A stretch of 62,759 nucleotides of DNA from Patescibacteria group bacterium (GTDB lineage Bacteria > Patescibacteriota > Patescibacteriia > Patescibacteriales > WJLG01): contig JAQTUZ010000008.1 in NCBI GenBank assembly GCA_028707065.1, forward strand, positions 1 through 62,759, given 5' to 3'. Under the pieces are notes generated by a model. The model saw only the letters and a program-made list of their open reading frames with translations. It made no database searches and had not been told where the DNA came from. Position numbers and translations under genes: made by a program. Of the stretch, positions 25,112 to 33,312 are shown piece by piece (the stretch's first letter is position 1; each line of letters starts with the position of its first letter).

Positions 25112-25468
25112 ATGTCTACTAATATCCAGGAAGTCTTCGACCGCATCCAAAGAACCAGGAAAGAACAGAAGGAATTGAAAACGATGTACCGCGACGCGCT
25201 GAATAATTCCGGCGCCTATCAGCGCTCGCTGGAAGAATTGAAAAAGCTGAAAGAAGAAAAGCGGAAATACGAAGAGGGGATCAAGAAAGAATTTTCTTCC
25301 GAATTCGATAAATTGGAAATTTTGAAAAATGAATTGATGAACGATAGCCAATTGCTTTCCGATATGGTTGTTTCCCAGGTTGCCAAGGGCGTGAAGATTG
25401 AAATTAAGGATGAACATCAAGTTCAATATGAGCCAATTTTTAGTGTTAGATTTAAGAAAATAGGCTAA
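25112..25468 (+). CDS. hypothetical coiled-coil protein (118 aa)
   Basis: K/E-rich heptad-like sequence; no family recognised. Confidence 0.5.
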   Translation: MSTNIQEVFDRIQRTRKEQKELKTMYRDALNNSGAYQRSLEELKKLKEEKRKYEEGIKKEFSSEFDKLEILKNELMNDSQLLSDMVVSQVAKGVKIEIKDEHQVQYEPIFSVRFKKIG

Positions 25469-25515
25469 AATAAAGTAAATTATTCTAGAAGCCGCTCGAA
25501 ATGGGCGGTTTTATG

Positions 25516-25544
25516 TTGACAAAATTCATAAAATATGATAAGGT
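25516..25544 (+). promoter_or_regulatory. extended -10 promoter
   Basis: TTGACA-17 nt (ending TGA)-TAAGGT upstream of the SLT-like gene. Confidence 0.55.
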
Positions 25545-25607
25545 ACCCTGATTTTGTACATTCAAATATAACCCGAATCGGCTCAAAATTGAGCATGGAG
25601 GATTGCC

Positions 25608-26603
25608 ATGAAAACATTTTTGTTGGCGTGCAATGTATTGTTGCCAATTTCTCTCGTCGGTGTCGTACTGCTTTTTATCTTCGGACCGGCGATTGAAAAA
25701 AAATTGACTCCCGAGAGAAGAGCAGTTCTGGCCCGAGGCGTCGAGAACGTGATGTCGAGCAGGGTTGAGGCAAGCGTGCCGAAGTACGACCCGATGAAAA
25801 TGCCACCGAAGGACGACTTAATCAAAATGACGGGAGAGGAGCAGTCTTTTAAAAAAGATTCTCTTTTTAAAGTTTGTTTGCTCGCGGCTACGCCTTTACT
25901 CCAACCGCTAATTTTTCAGTCGCCCCCGCCCAAAGCCGCGGAAAAAGTTGCTGTTACCAAAAAAGCGGGAGTCAAAAAGGGCAAAGCGCGCGGAATTAAA
26001 TTGTGTACTCCGAAGCGGAATTCAGAAATCGAGGCGCAAATTCAGGTGGCCATCGAAGCGGGAATTGCCAGATCGCCATATATCATTCAACACTATGGCA
26101 AAATAGTTGAGGACACCTGCCCCAAAAAGGGAATTGATCCTGATCTGGAATATGCCAAGATCGCCGTCGAGTCCCAAGGTTATAATGACTCTACCGTTGT
26201 CAGTGATTCCGGCGCTCTATTTTTGGAGCAGCTCATGCCTAAAACCGCCATGCACTTGTTATCATTGCGCGGCATTATTGTTACAGACATGGCTGTTCTC
26301 AGAAAGATGCTCCTTGATCCTCGCTTGAGTATTTCTTTAGGCACGGATCACTATTTGATCAGCATGCAGCTTTTTAATGATCCGGTTAAGGCTCTTATCG
26401 CTTATGAGGCCGGAGACGATCGCGTCTTGAGGCAAATAAGAAAATATGGCGGAGACGTGGAAGTCCCATATTATCGCAAGGTCTATGGGGTTTACGCCTG
26501 GATCAAACAACACCCTGAACTGAGACAAAATCGGGGAATGCCGTTTGATCCGGCCATGAGAGCGCCAAGCGATCCGGTCCAGATCGCCGTGATTGGCCAG
26601 TAA
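25608..26603 (+). CDS. membrane-anchored lytic transglycosylase (SLT domain)-like protein
   Basis: GGAGGA SD; N-terminal TM; C-terminal AKIAVESQGYNDSTVVSDSGALFLEQLMPKTA...LIAYEAG resembles the SLT catalytic region. Confidence 0.6.
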   Translation: MKTFLLACNVLLPISLVGVVLLFIFGPAIEKKLTPERRAVLARGVENVMSSRVEASVPKYDPMKMPPKDDLIKMTGEEQSFKKDSLFKVCLLAATPLLQPLIFQSPPPKAAEKVAVTKKAGVKKGKARGIKLCTPKRNSEIEAQIQVAIEAGIARSPYIIQHYGKIVEDTCPKKGIDPDLEYAKIAVESQGYNDSTVVSDSGALFLEQLMPKTAMHLLSLRGIIVTDMAVLRKMLLDPRLSISLGTDHYLISMQLFNDPVKALIAYEAGDDRVLRQIRKYGGDVEVPYYRKVYGVYAWIKQHPELRQNRGMPFDPAMRAPSDPVQIAVIGQ

Positions 26604-26609
26604 AGACAG

Positions 26610-26641
26610 GTCCTGTTTGCAAGATGCAAGCAGGACTTTTT
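26610..26641 (+). terminator. terminator after the SLT-like gene
   Basis: gtcctgtttgca-aga-tgcaagcaggac followed by ttttt; a second hairpin plus T-run lies at ~26655-26690. Confidence 0.8.
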
Positions 26642-26701
26642 AAATAATTAATTACCTCTTATTCATAAAGAATTGTGAATAGGAGTTTTTTATCGCCGAT
26701 A

Positions 26702-26730
26702 TTGAAAAAAAGTCAAAAATCCTTTATCAT
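26702..26730 (+). promoter_or_regulatory. alaS promoter
   Basis: TTGAAA-17 nt-TATCAT. Confidence 0.6.
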
Positions 26731-26753
26731 AGTAATGATTATAATAATAAATT

Positions 26754-26787
26754 CCGTTACGGGTTATGCGTTACGAGTTATGAGATT
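26754..26787 (+). repeat. R4 'GTTACG/GTTATG-word' arm abutting the alaS start codon
   Basis: ccgttacgggttatgcgttacgagttatgagatt followed directly by ATG 26788. Confidence 0.8.
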
Positions 26788-28614
26788 ATGACCGCTCAAG
26801 AACTTCGATCAAAGTATTTTCAATTTTTTCAAAGCAAAGGGCATAAGCTGATTCCCTCGGCTTCTTTGATCCCGGAAAATGATCCGACGGTTCTGTTCAC
26901 CACCGCCGGCATGCAGCCATTGGTCCCGTATTTTTTGGGCGAGTCGCATCCGGAAGGCAAGCGCTTGGTTAATTCGCAAAAATGCGTCCGCACCGACGAC
27001 ATCGATGAAGTGGGCGATGCCACTCACCACACTTTTTTTGAAATGCTCGGCAATTGGTCGTTAGGAGACTATTTTAAAAAAGAAGCGATTGAGTGGAGTT
27101 GGGAATTCTTAACCGATCCTCGCTGGCTGGGGCTTGATAAAAATCGCTTGGCTTGCTCGGTTTTTGCCGGCGATGCTGACGCTCCGTTTGATGAAGAAGC
27201 TTTTGCTGTTTGGCAAAAACTCGGAATGGACGAAAAAAAGATCGCCAAATTACCCAAGAAAAATAATTGGTGGGGGCCGGCCGGAGTCACTGGGCCGTGC
27301 GGACCGTGTTCGGAAATGTTCTATTGGGTGGGCGATCCGGACAAAGTGCCCGCCAGTTTTAACGACGACAACGCGCTTTGGGTGGAAATTTGGAACGACG
27401 TTTTCATGCAGTATAATAAGCAGGCGGATGGGTCGTTCGAGCCGCTGGCGCAAAACAACGTCGATACCGGCATGGGACTGGAAAGGACTTTAGCGATTTT
27501 GAATGGATTTGACGATAATTATTTGAGCGATGTCTGGGCCGGCTTGATCAGAAAGGTTGGAGAGCTTTCCGGAAAAAAATACGGTGAGAGCCCGGAAGTA
27601 ACGCGCTCAATGCGCATCATTGTTGATCATCTTAAGGCCGCCACCTTTATTATCGGCGATGAGAAGGGCGTGACCCCGTCCAATACCGGCGCGGGTTATA
27701 TTGTCCGCCGCTTGTTGCGCCGGGCGATCCGTTATGGCCGGCAATTGAAAATTTCCGCGGATAATTGGGCTGCGGCGCTAGCCGAAGTGGTGATTGCCGA
27801 TTATCAGGAAGCTTATCCCGAGCTTAACAAAAATAAAGAATATATTTTAAAAGAAATTCAAGCCGAACAGGAAAAATTCAGCAAGACTTTAGAAAATGGA
27901 ATTGAGGAAATAAATAAATTATTTGATAAATATGGCGGGGACATAAAAGAATTTAAGCTTGACGCAAAAACTTTATTTGATTTATATCAAACATCCGGGT
28001 TTCCGATTGAGTTGAGTTTTGAAGAGATAAATAAAAAAAGGGTTGGTAATGGCGGAATAATGATTCCTAAGGATGTAGAAAATGTGTTTTTAAATTTGTT
28101 CAATGAAGAATTAAAAAAACATCAGGAGCTTTCGCGCACCGCCTCCGCCGGAATGTTCAAAGGCGGTCTGGCCGATGCCTCGGAAGAAACAAAAAAGTTG
28201 CATACGGCCGCGCATCTTTTACTGGCAGCTTTGCGGAAAGTTTTGGGCGACCATATCTATCAGAAGGGGAGCAATATCACCCCCGAGCGTTTGCGCTTTG
28301 ATTTTTCCCATCCGGCGAAGATGACCCCGGAGCAAGTTGCCGAAGTTGAGCGCTTGGTCAATGAAGCGATCCAAAAAGATCTGCCGATTGTCTGCGAAGA
28401 AAAACCGCTGGCCGAAGCCAAAGCCGAAGGAGCGATGGGCGTTTTCGAATCAAAATACGGCGAGAAGGTCAAGGTCTATAAAATGGGCGAAGTCTCGCAA
28501 GAAATTTGCGGCGGCCCGCATGCCTCGCGTACGGGTGAACTCGGCCAGTTTAAGATTATTAAAGAAGAGAGTTCTTCTTCCGGAGTGAGAAGGATTAAGG
28601 CGGTCTTGGAATAG
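26788..28614 (+). CDS. alaS: alanine-tRNA ligase, short form (no C-Ala domain)
   Basis: FTTAGMQPLVPYFLG, WWGPAGVTGPCGPCSEMFY, editing-site HTAAHLL and CGGPH; only 608 aa. Confidence 0.9.
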   Translation: MTAQELRSKYFQFFQSKGHKLIPSASLIPENDPTVLFTTAGMQPLVPYFLGESHPEGKRLVNSQKCVRTDDIDEVGDATHHTFFEMLGNWSLGDYFKKEAIEWSWEFLTDPRWLGLDKNRLACSVFAGDADAPFDEEAFAVWQKLGMDEKKIAKLPKKNNWWGPAGVTGPCGPCSEMFYWVGDPDKVPASFNDDNALWVEIWNDVFMQYNKQADGSFEPLAQNNVDTGMGLERTLAILNGFDDNYLSDVWAGLIRKVGELSGKKYGESPEVTRSMRIIVDHLKAATFIIGDEKGVTPSNTGAGYIVRRLLRRAIRYGRQLKISADNWAAALAEVVIADYQEAYPELNKNKEYILKEIQAEQEKFSKTLENGIEEINKLFDKYGGDIKEFKLDAKTLFDLYQTSGFPIELSFEEINKKRVGNGGIMIPKDVENVFLNLFNEELKKHQELSRTASAGMFKGGLADASEETKKLHTAAHLLLAALRKVLGDHIYQKGSNITPERLRFDFSHPAKMTPEQVAEVERLVNEAIQKDLPIVCEEKPLAEAKAEGAMGVFESKYGEKVKVYKMGEVSQEICGGPHASRTGELGQFKIIKEESSSSGVRRIKAVLE

Positions 28615-28715
28615 AATTACAAATTAATAATTACAAATTACAAATAGATAGAGCGAGAATTTATCTTAAATATTAGCTAAAATAATTTGTAATTTGTCAT
28701 TTGTAATCTGTAATT
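28615..28715. repeat. R2 full hairpin after alaS
   Basis: aattacaaattaataattacaaattacaaata ... aataatttgtaatttgtcatttgtaatctgtaatt. Confidence 0.85.
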
Positions 28716-28725
28716 GCGGCTTCTC

Positions 28726-28754
28726 TTGACATTTTTTGCTTTTGCCTATACAAT
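28726..28754 (+). promoter_or_regulatory. promoter of the infA-ribosomal protein cluster
   Basis: TTGACA-17 nt-TACAAT. Confidence 0.7.
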
Positions 28755-28813
28755 TTCCTTATAAATCAGTAACAAGATTTACCAATTATTTTGTTTGGTA
28801 ATTTTTTTTGTTA

Positions 28814-29053
28814 ATGCAAGAAGAAAAAAATCAAATTATTAATTCCAAAGATTTTCTGGAAATGGAAGGGGAGGTAACGGAATTAATGCCCGCGGGAACT
28901 TTCCGCGTTGTTTTTCCGAACGGCCATGAAATTTTGGCCCATCTTTCCGGAAAAATGCGGATGAACAAGATCAGGCTTTCCGTCGGCGACCGGGTCAAGG
29001 TGCAAATCTCGCCTTATGACCTGACCAAGGGCCGCATCACCTTCCGGTTGTAA
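28814..29053 (+). CDS. infA: translation initiation factor IF-1
   Basis: LEMEGEVTELMPAGTFRVVFPNGHEILAHLSGKMRMNKIRLSVGDRVKVQISPYDLTKGRITFRL. Confidence 0.9.
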   Translation: MQEEKNQIINSKDFLEMEGEVTELMPAGTFRVVFPNGHEILAHLSGKMRMNKIRLSVGDRVKVQISPYDLTKGRITFRL

Positions 29054-29117
29054 TTTTTAAGAAATGCCCTAGAATTTTTTGCGGAAATAATTTTACCGAA
29101 TTAACTCGTTTTATCCG

Positions 29118-29150
29118 CAATTTTTAATTTTTCATTTTTAATTTTTAATT
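29118..29150. repeat. R6-type word repeat upstream of rpmJ
   Basis: caatttttaatttttcatttttaatttttaatt. Confidence 0.5.
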
Positions 29151-29153
29151 GAT

Positions 29154-29267
29154 ATGAAGGTCAGAGCAAGCGTAAAAGTAATCTGTAAGGATTGTAAAGT
29201 TGTCCGCCGCAAAGGCAAGGTTTGTGTTATCTGCAAGAATCCCAAACACAAACAAAGACAAGGATAG
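29154..29267 (+). CDS. rpmJ: 50S ribosomal protein L36
   Basis: 37-aa ORF missing from the track: [37 protein letters not shown]. Confidence 0.9.
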   Translation: MKVRASVKVICKDCKVVRRKGKVCVICKNPKHKQRQG

Positions 29268-29272
29268 TTTTT

Positions 29273-29390
29273 TGGTTGATTAGTTGATTGGTTAATTGGT
29301 TGAGAAGCCAATTAACCAAGACAAATAAAATATCAATTGATCAGCCAATTATTTTTTCAAACTAATTAACTAATTCACTAATCAACCAAC
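29273..29390. repeat. R5 full hairpin (rpmJ/rpsM spacer)
   Basis: ggttgattagttgattggttaattggttgag ... caaactaattaactaattcactaatcaaccaac, ending at the rpsM ATG. Confidence 0.85.
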
Positions 29391-29786
29391 ATGGCTCAAG
29401 CTAGAATCGCCGGCGTCAATATCCCCACGGAAAAAAAGGTGAAAATTTCTTTGACCTATATTTTTGGCATTGGTTTTTCCCGCGCTCTTGACGCGCTGGC
29501 GGAAGCGAAAGTCGATCCGGAAAAAAGAGTAAAGGATTTGACCGAAGCGGAAGTGAATAAGATCAGAGATATTGTGGAAAAGAAATATATCATCGAAGGA
29601 GATTTGAAAAGAGAAATCATCGGCAATATCAAGCGGATGAAGGAGATCGGCTGCTATCGCGGCGTGCGCCATATCAAGGGGTTGCCGGTTCGCGGCCAAA
29701 CCACCAAGAGAAACAGCCGCACGGTTCGCGGCAATGTCCGCAAGACCATGGGCTCGGGACGCAAGCCGGCGGCGCAGAAGACTTAA
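29391..29786 (+). CDS. rpsM: 30S ribosomal protein S13
   Basis: [28 protein letters not shown]...[23 protein letters not shown]. Confidence 0.95.
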   Translation: MAQARIAGVNIPTEKKVKISLTYIFGIGFSRALDALAEAKVDPEKRVKDLTEAEVNKIRDIVEKKYIIEGDLKREIIGNIKRMKEIGCYRGVRHIKGLPVRGQTTKRNSRTVRGNVRKTMGSGRKPAAQKT

Positions 29787-29790
29787 GGTT

Positions 29791-29856
29791 TATACGAATT
29801 ACGAATCCGGACGAATATACGAATTCGTATATTCGTAAATATTCGTAATTCGTAGA
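29791..29856. repeat. R1 hairpin (rpsM/rpsK spacer)
   Basis: tatacgaattacgaatccggacgaatatacgaa|ttcgtatattcgtaaatattcgtaattcgtaga, centred on GAATTC. Confidence 0.85.
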
Positions 29857-29905
29857 GAATCACCTCATTTATTAAACAAGAATCCAAAAATAAAATTTTC
29901 TAAAT

Positions 29906-30523
29906 ATGCCCGAAGAGAAAAAAGATATAAAGTCTGCTGAAGAAATCAAAAACGAAGAATCCAAAATCGCCGAGAAAATCGAGACGCCGGTTTTGGTTTC
30001 CGAAAAAGATTTTGCCGATGATGATTTGGAAGATGCGGCGGAAGTCTCACCCAAGAAAGACGGCGATGTTACCGAAGAATTGCCCGAGGAAATCAAGAAA
30101 AAATTGGAAGCCAGAAAAGAAGAAAAGAGCGCCAAGAAACCGATGAAAAAAAAGAAAAAGAGAGCCAGAGTGAGAGTCGAAGTCGGCAAGATTTATATCA
30201 AAGCCAGTTATAATAATACCATCGTTACCGCCACCGATCTGAACGGCAATGTCATTGCCTGGGCTTCGGCCGGCATGGCTGGCTTTAAAGGTCCGAAGAA
30301 AGCGACTTCTTACGCCGCGCAAATCATCGCCAAGATCGTTTTAATGAAAGCTAAGGATGAATATGGTTTAAGAGAGGCGAGCGTTTTTGTCAAAGGCATC
30401 GGCACCGGCCGCGAAGCCGCGATCAGAGCCGTCAATGCCAATGGTGTCAATGTCACTTCGATCAAAGATATCACTCCGATCCCGCATAACGGCTGCCGCC
30501 CCAAAAAGCCGAGAAGAGTGTAA
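29906..30523 (+). CDS. rpsK: 30S ribosomal protein S11 with a ~79-aa acidic N-terminal extension (or start at ATG 30143)
   Basis: Canonical S11 core from [28 protein letters not shown] to [17 protein letters not shown]; the ORF is open for 79 extra E/K/D-rich codons upstream. Confidence 0.9.
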   Translation: MPEEKKDIKSAEEIKNEESKIAEKIETPVLVSEKDFADDDLEDAAEVSPKKDGDVTEELPEEIKKKLEARKEEKSAKKPMKKKKKRARVRVEVGKIYIKASYNNTIVTATDLNGNVIAWASAGMAGFKGPKKATSYAAQIIAKIVLMKAKDEYGLREASVFVKGIGTGREAAIRAVNANGVNVTSIKDITPIPHNGCRPKKPRRV

Positions 30524-30552
30524 TTTCGATTAAATTATTATTAAGAGTTGAA

Positions 30553-30646
30553 ATAATCCGAACCTACGAATGCATCCGAATGACCCGAATAGTTTTGGTG
30601 CTATCAATAATTCGTAGATTTGGATGAATTCGTAGATTAGGATTAT
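30553..30646. repeat. R1 hairpin (rpsK/rpsD spacer)
   Basis: aataatccgaacctacgaatgcatccgaatgacccgaat ... attcgtagatttggatgaattcgtagattaggattat. Confidence 0.8.
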
Positions 30647-30652
30647 AATCTT

Positions 30653-31285
30653 ATGAAAAACACCGATCCAAAATGCAAGCAATGCCGGCGCATCGGAGAA
30701 AAATTATTCTTCAAGGGCGAGCGTTGTTTTTCGCCCAAGTGCGCGATAATCAAAAGAAATTATATTCCCGGTTTTCACGGCCCCAAAGCCAAGGGCGCGC
30801 CCCGGCGCTCTGACTACGGCTTGCAGTTGATTGAAAAACAAAAGGCCAAGAAGCAATATCTTTTGAACGAAAAACAATTCCGCATCTTGTTCGATCACGC
30901 GGCCAAGAAAAGAGGCAATACCGAAGAGCTTTTGCTCCGGCTTTTGGAATTGCGTTTGGATAACGTCGTTTATCGGGCCGCTCTGGGCGCTTCGCGCAAC
31001 GAAGCCAGACAGCTGGTCAATCACGGCCATTTCACGGTCAATGGCAAACCGGTCAATATTCCCTCCTATAAAGTCAAACAAGGCGATGTGATAAAATTGA
31101 AGGAAAGAAGCAAACGCAGTAAGAAGTTCGCCAATCTTACCGCCAAGATCAAGAAAGCGGAAATCCCCGGCTGGCTCAACGTTAGCGCTGAAGATTTTAG
31201 CGTTAAAGTTTTGCATGAACCGGCCGCCAAGGATCTTCGCGTCAACTTCAGCCCGCAAATCATCGTTGAGTTCTATTCGAGATAA
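30653..31285 (+). CDS. rpsD: 30S ribosomal protein S4
   Basis: Zinc-ribbon CKQCRRIGEKLFFKGERCFSPKC, S4 domain RLDNVVYRAALGASRNEARQLVNHGHFTVNGK. Confidence 0.95.
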   Translation: MKNTDPKCKQCRRIGEKLFFKGERCFSPKCAIIKRNYIPGFHGPKAKGAPRRSDYGLQLIEKQKAKKQYLLNEKQFRILFDHAAKKRGNTEELLLRLLELRLDNVVYRAALGASRNEARQLVNHGHFTVNGKPVNIPSYKVKQGDVIKLKERSKRSKKFANLTAKIKKAEIPGWLNVSAEDFSVKVLHEPAAKDLRVNFSPQIIVEFYSR

Positions 31286-31416
31286 TGCGCATGATGCGAA
31301 TCTACGAATTGTTCGCGAATACTATGAATAGATTTAACGAATAACACACCCCGTCCGCGCGGCGCGGCCACCCCTCTCAAGAGGGGAATCAAAACGGTTC
31401 GCGGTATTCGCATTAT
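31286..31416. repeat. R1 hairpin (rpsD/rpoA spacer) with PE-A nested in its loop
   Basis: atgcgcatgatgcgaatctacgaattgttcgcgaatactatgaat ... [PE-A 31343-31389] ... ggttcgcggtattcgcattat. Confidence 0.75.
31343..31389 (+). repeat. PE-A element nested in the loop of an R1 hairpin (rpsD/rpoA spacer)
   Basis: aacacaccccgtccgcgcggcgcggccacccctctcaagaggggaat. Confidence 0.9.
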
Positions 31417-31452
31417 ATAACAAAGCTAAAAAATAAAATAAAATAAAATTCT

Positions 31453-32259
31453 ATGGAATCAATCGCCAAGCCAAACAAAATAGAATTCATCAAGGGCGAA
31501 AAGCTCAATGAAGCTATTGTGACTGTGGAGCCTTTTTATCCCGGTTATGGCATGACCATCGGCAATTCGCTGCGCCGCGTTTTGCTTTCTTCTTTGGTGG
31601 GAACCGCGGTGGTGGGCGTAAAGATCAACGGCGCCAGCCATGAATTCACCACTTTGCCGTACGTCAAGGAAGATATCCTGGAGATCATTATGAATTTGAA
31701 GCAATTAAAGCTGGCGATGTTTGATGAGGATGAAATAAAATTGGAGCTGGACGTGCATGGTAAAAAGGTTGTGAAAGCCAGCGATATCAAGAAGGACAGC
31801 CGCGCGGAAATAGTCAATCCGGACCTGGTCATCGCTAATATCACCGATATGGCCGGATCAATGTCGATGGAAATTACCGTAGGCAAAGGACGCGGGTATC
31901 GCCCGGTGGAAGCGATCGAGAAGAAAAATACCGAAGTCGGTTATATTGAAACTGATGCTTTCTTTTCTCCGGTTTTAGCGGTCGGCTTGAAAGTGGAAAA
32001 TGTCCGCGTCGGTAAAATGACCAATTGGGATAAATTAATTATCAATATTACCACTGACGGCACAATTTCTCCGGAAAAATCTTTTACCGATTCAGTGAGG
32101 ATTCTGCAAGAACAGATCAGCGCCTTGGTCGGCGAAGAAGGGCCGGCGATTGTTGAAGAAATCAAGGCAGAAGAGGAGATTGCTAAGGACGAACCGGAAG
32201 CTGAGGGCGAGAAAAAACCGAAAAAAGAAAAGAAACCCAAAAAAGAAAAAAAGAAGTAG
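31453..32259 (+). CDS. rpoA: DNA-directed RNA polymerase alpha subunit, N-terminal domain only plus E/K tail
   Basis: GYGMTIGNSLRRVLLSS, alpha-NTD through ~residue 225, then EEGPAIVEEIKAEEEIAKDEPEAEGEKKPKKEKKPKKEKKK; no alpha-CTD sequence. Confidence 0.9.
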   Translation: MESIAKPNKIEFIKGEKLNEAIVTVEPFYPGYGMTIGNSLRRVLLSSLVGTAVVGVKINGASHEFTTLPYVKEDILEIIMNLKQLKLAMFDEDEIKLELDVHGKKVVKASDIKKDSRAEIVNPDLVIANITDMAGSMSMEITVGKGRGYRPVEAIEKKNTEVGYIETDAFFSPVLAVGLKVENVRVGKMTNWDKLIINITTDGTISPEKSFTDSVRILQEQISALVGEEGPAIVEEIKAEEEIAKDEPEAEGEKKPKKEKKPKKEKKK

Positions 32260-32286
32260 CAATTGTTTAAAATTTAAAGTTCGGGA

Positions 32287-32381
32287 TGTAATACTAATCC
32301 ACGAATACATACTAATCTAACGAATATTTTTTAGCAGGCATTCGTCAGATTAGTATGTATTTGTATTAAATTAGTATTACA
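32287..32381 (+). repeat. 95-nt R1-type hairpin element, copy 2 (rpoA/rplQ spacer)
   Basis: tgtaatactaatccacgaatacatactaatctaacgaat ... attcgtcagattagtatgtatttgtattaaattagtattaca. Confidence 0.9.
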
Positions 32382-32406
32382 ATACAATACAATATAATTT
32401 AGTTTT

Positions 32407-32757
32407 ATGCGTCATAGAAATAAGAATAAAATTTTAGATAGAAAAAAAGGTCCGCGTCTGGCTTTGTTAAAAGGTCTGACCTCGAGCGTTTTGATTTACG
32501 AAAAAGTCAAGACTACCGAAGCCAAGGCGAAAGTTGTCAGATCCCAAGTGGAAAAAATGATCACTTTAGCCAAGAAGAATGATCTGCCGGCGACCAAAAA
32601 ATTGATCGCCTTATTGCCGCAAAAAATGGCGGTCTTGAAAGTGATCGAGGTTTTGCGCGAAAGATATAAAGGCAGGACCGGCGGCTATACCAGGATAATA
32701 AAATTGGACGCGAGACCCGGAGATGGGGCTAAGATGGTTCAGTTGGAGTTAGTCTAA
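32407..32757 (+). CDS. rplQ: 50S ribosomal protein L17
   Basis: MRHRNKNKILDRKKGPRLALLKGLTSSVLIYEKVKTTEAKAK...GGYTRIIKLDARPGDGAKMVQLELV. Confidence 0.95.
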   Translation: MRHRNKNKILDRKKGPRLALLKGLTSSVLIYEKVKTTEAKAKVVRSQVEKMITLAKKNDLPATKKLIALLPQKMAVLKVIEVLRERYKGRTGGYTRIIKLDARPGDGAKMVQLELV

Positions 32758-32772
32758 AATATAAATTTGGTT

Positions 32773-32884
32773 ACATAATACGAATACAACGAATTATACG
32801 CGAATACTACGAACCGCAAACAGAAACGAATAATTCGTTAAATCATTCGCGGTATTCGCGAAAAATTAGTAGTATTCGCATCAT
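32773..32884. repeat. R1 hairpin (rplQ/rplM spacer)
   Basis: acataatacgaatacaacgaattatacgcgaatactacgaaccgc ... attcgcggtattcgcgaaaaattagtagtattcgcatcat. Confidence 0.8.
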
Positions 32885-32893
32885 ATTATTTAT

Positions 32894-33241
32894 ATGGAAA
32901 GAAAGTTATACATAATCGACGCGGAAGGAAAAGCGATTGGCAGACTGGCAACACAGATCGCTACTATTTTGCGCGGCAAGAATAAAGTTACTTATCGCCC
33001 GCATCTGGACGAAGGCGATTGCGTGCAAGTGGTCAATGCCGATAAAGTGAAGATCACCGGCAAAAAATTACAGCAGAAGAAGTATTATCGCGTTTCACAA
33101 TATCCGGGCGGCCTTAAGGAAACTTCTTTGGAAGAATTAATGGCCAAGAAGCCGGGCGAGGCTTTGAAAAAGGCGGTTAAACAAATGCTGCCCAACACCA
33201 AGCTTCGTCCCGGTATGTTGAAACGTTTGATTATTAAATAA
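32894..33241 (+). CDS. rplM: 50S ribosomal protein L13 (short, 115 aa)
   Basis: LYIIDAEGKAIGRLATQIATILRGKNKVTYRPHLDEGDCVQVVNADKVKITGKK...YYRVSQYPGGLKE. Confidence 0.9.
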   Translation: MERKLYIIDAEGKAIGRLATQIATILRGKNKVTYRPHLDEGDCVQVVNADKVKITGKKLQQKKYYRVSQYPGGLKETSLEELMAKKPGEALKKAVKQMLPNTKLRPGMLKRLIIK

Positions 33242-33251
33242 TTGATATGAA

Positions 33252-33300
33252 GTCCCCTCCGCGGGAGGGGTGGCGCCGCCTCGGCGACGGGGTGGGTTAC
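33252..33300 (-). repeat. PE-A element between rplM and rpsI
   Basis: gtcccctccgcgggaggggtgg-cgccgcctcggcga-cggggtgggttac. Confidence 0.9.
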
Positions 33301-33312
33301 CAGAAAATTTAT

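Noticed and set aside
33247-33312. ORF-track N-terminal extensions that read through repeats: rpsI from 33247, helicase from 22374, murI from 34650, rlmH from 5417, ORF 39532, comEC TTG 37421, GT-C 41220
   Set aside because: The extra codons are translations of PE-A, R4 or MITE sequence or of promoter DNA. Internal ATGs give N-termini that match the protein families.
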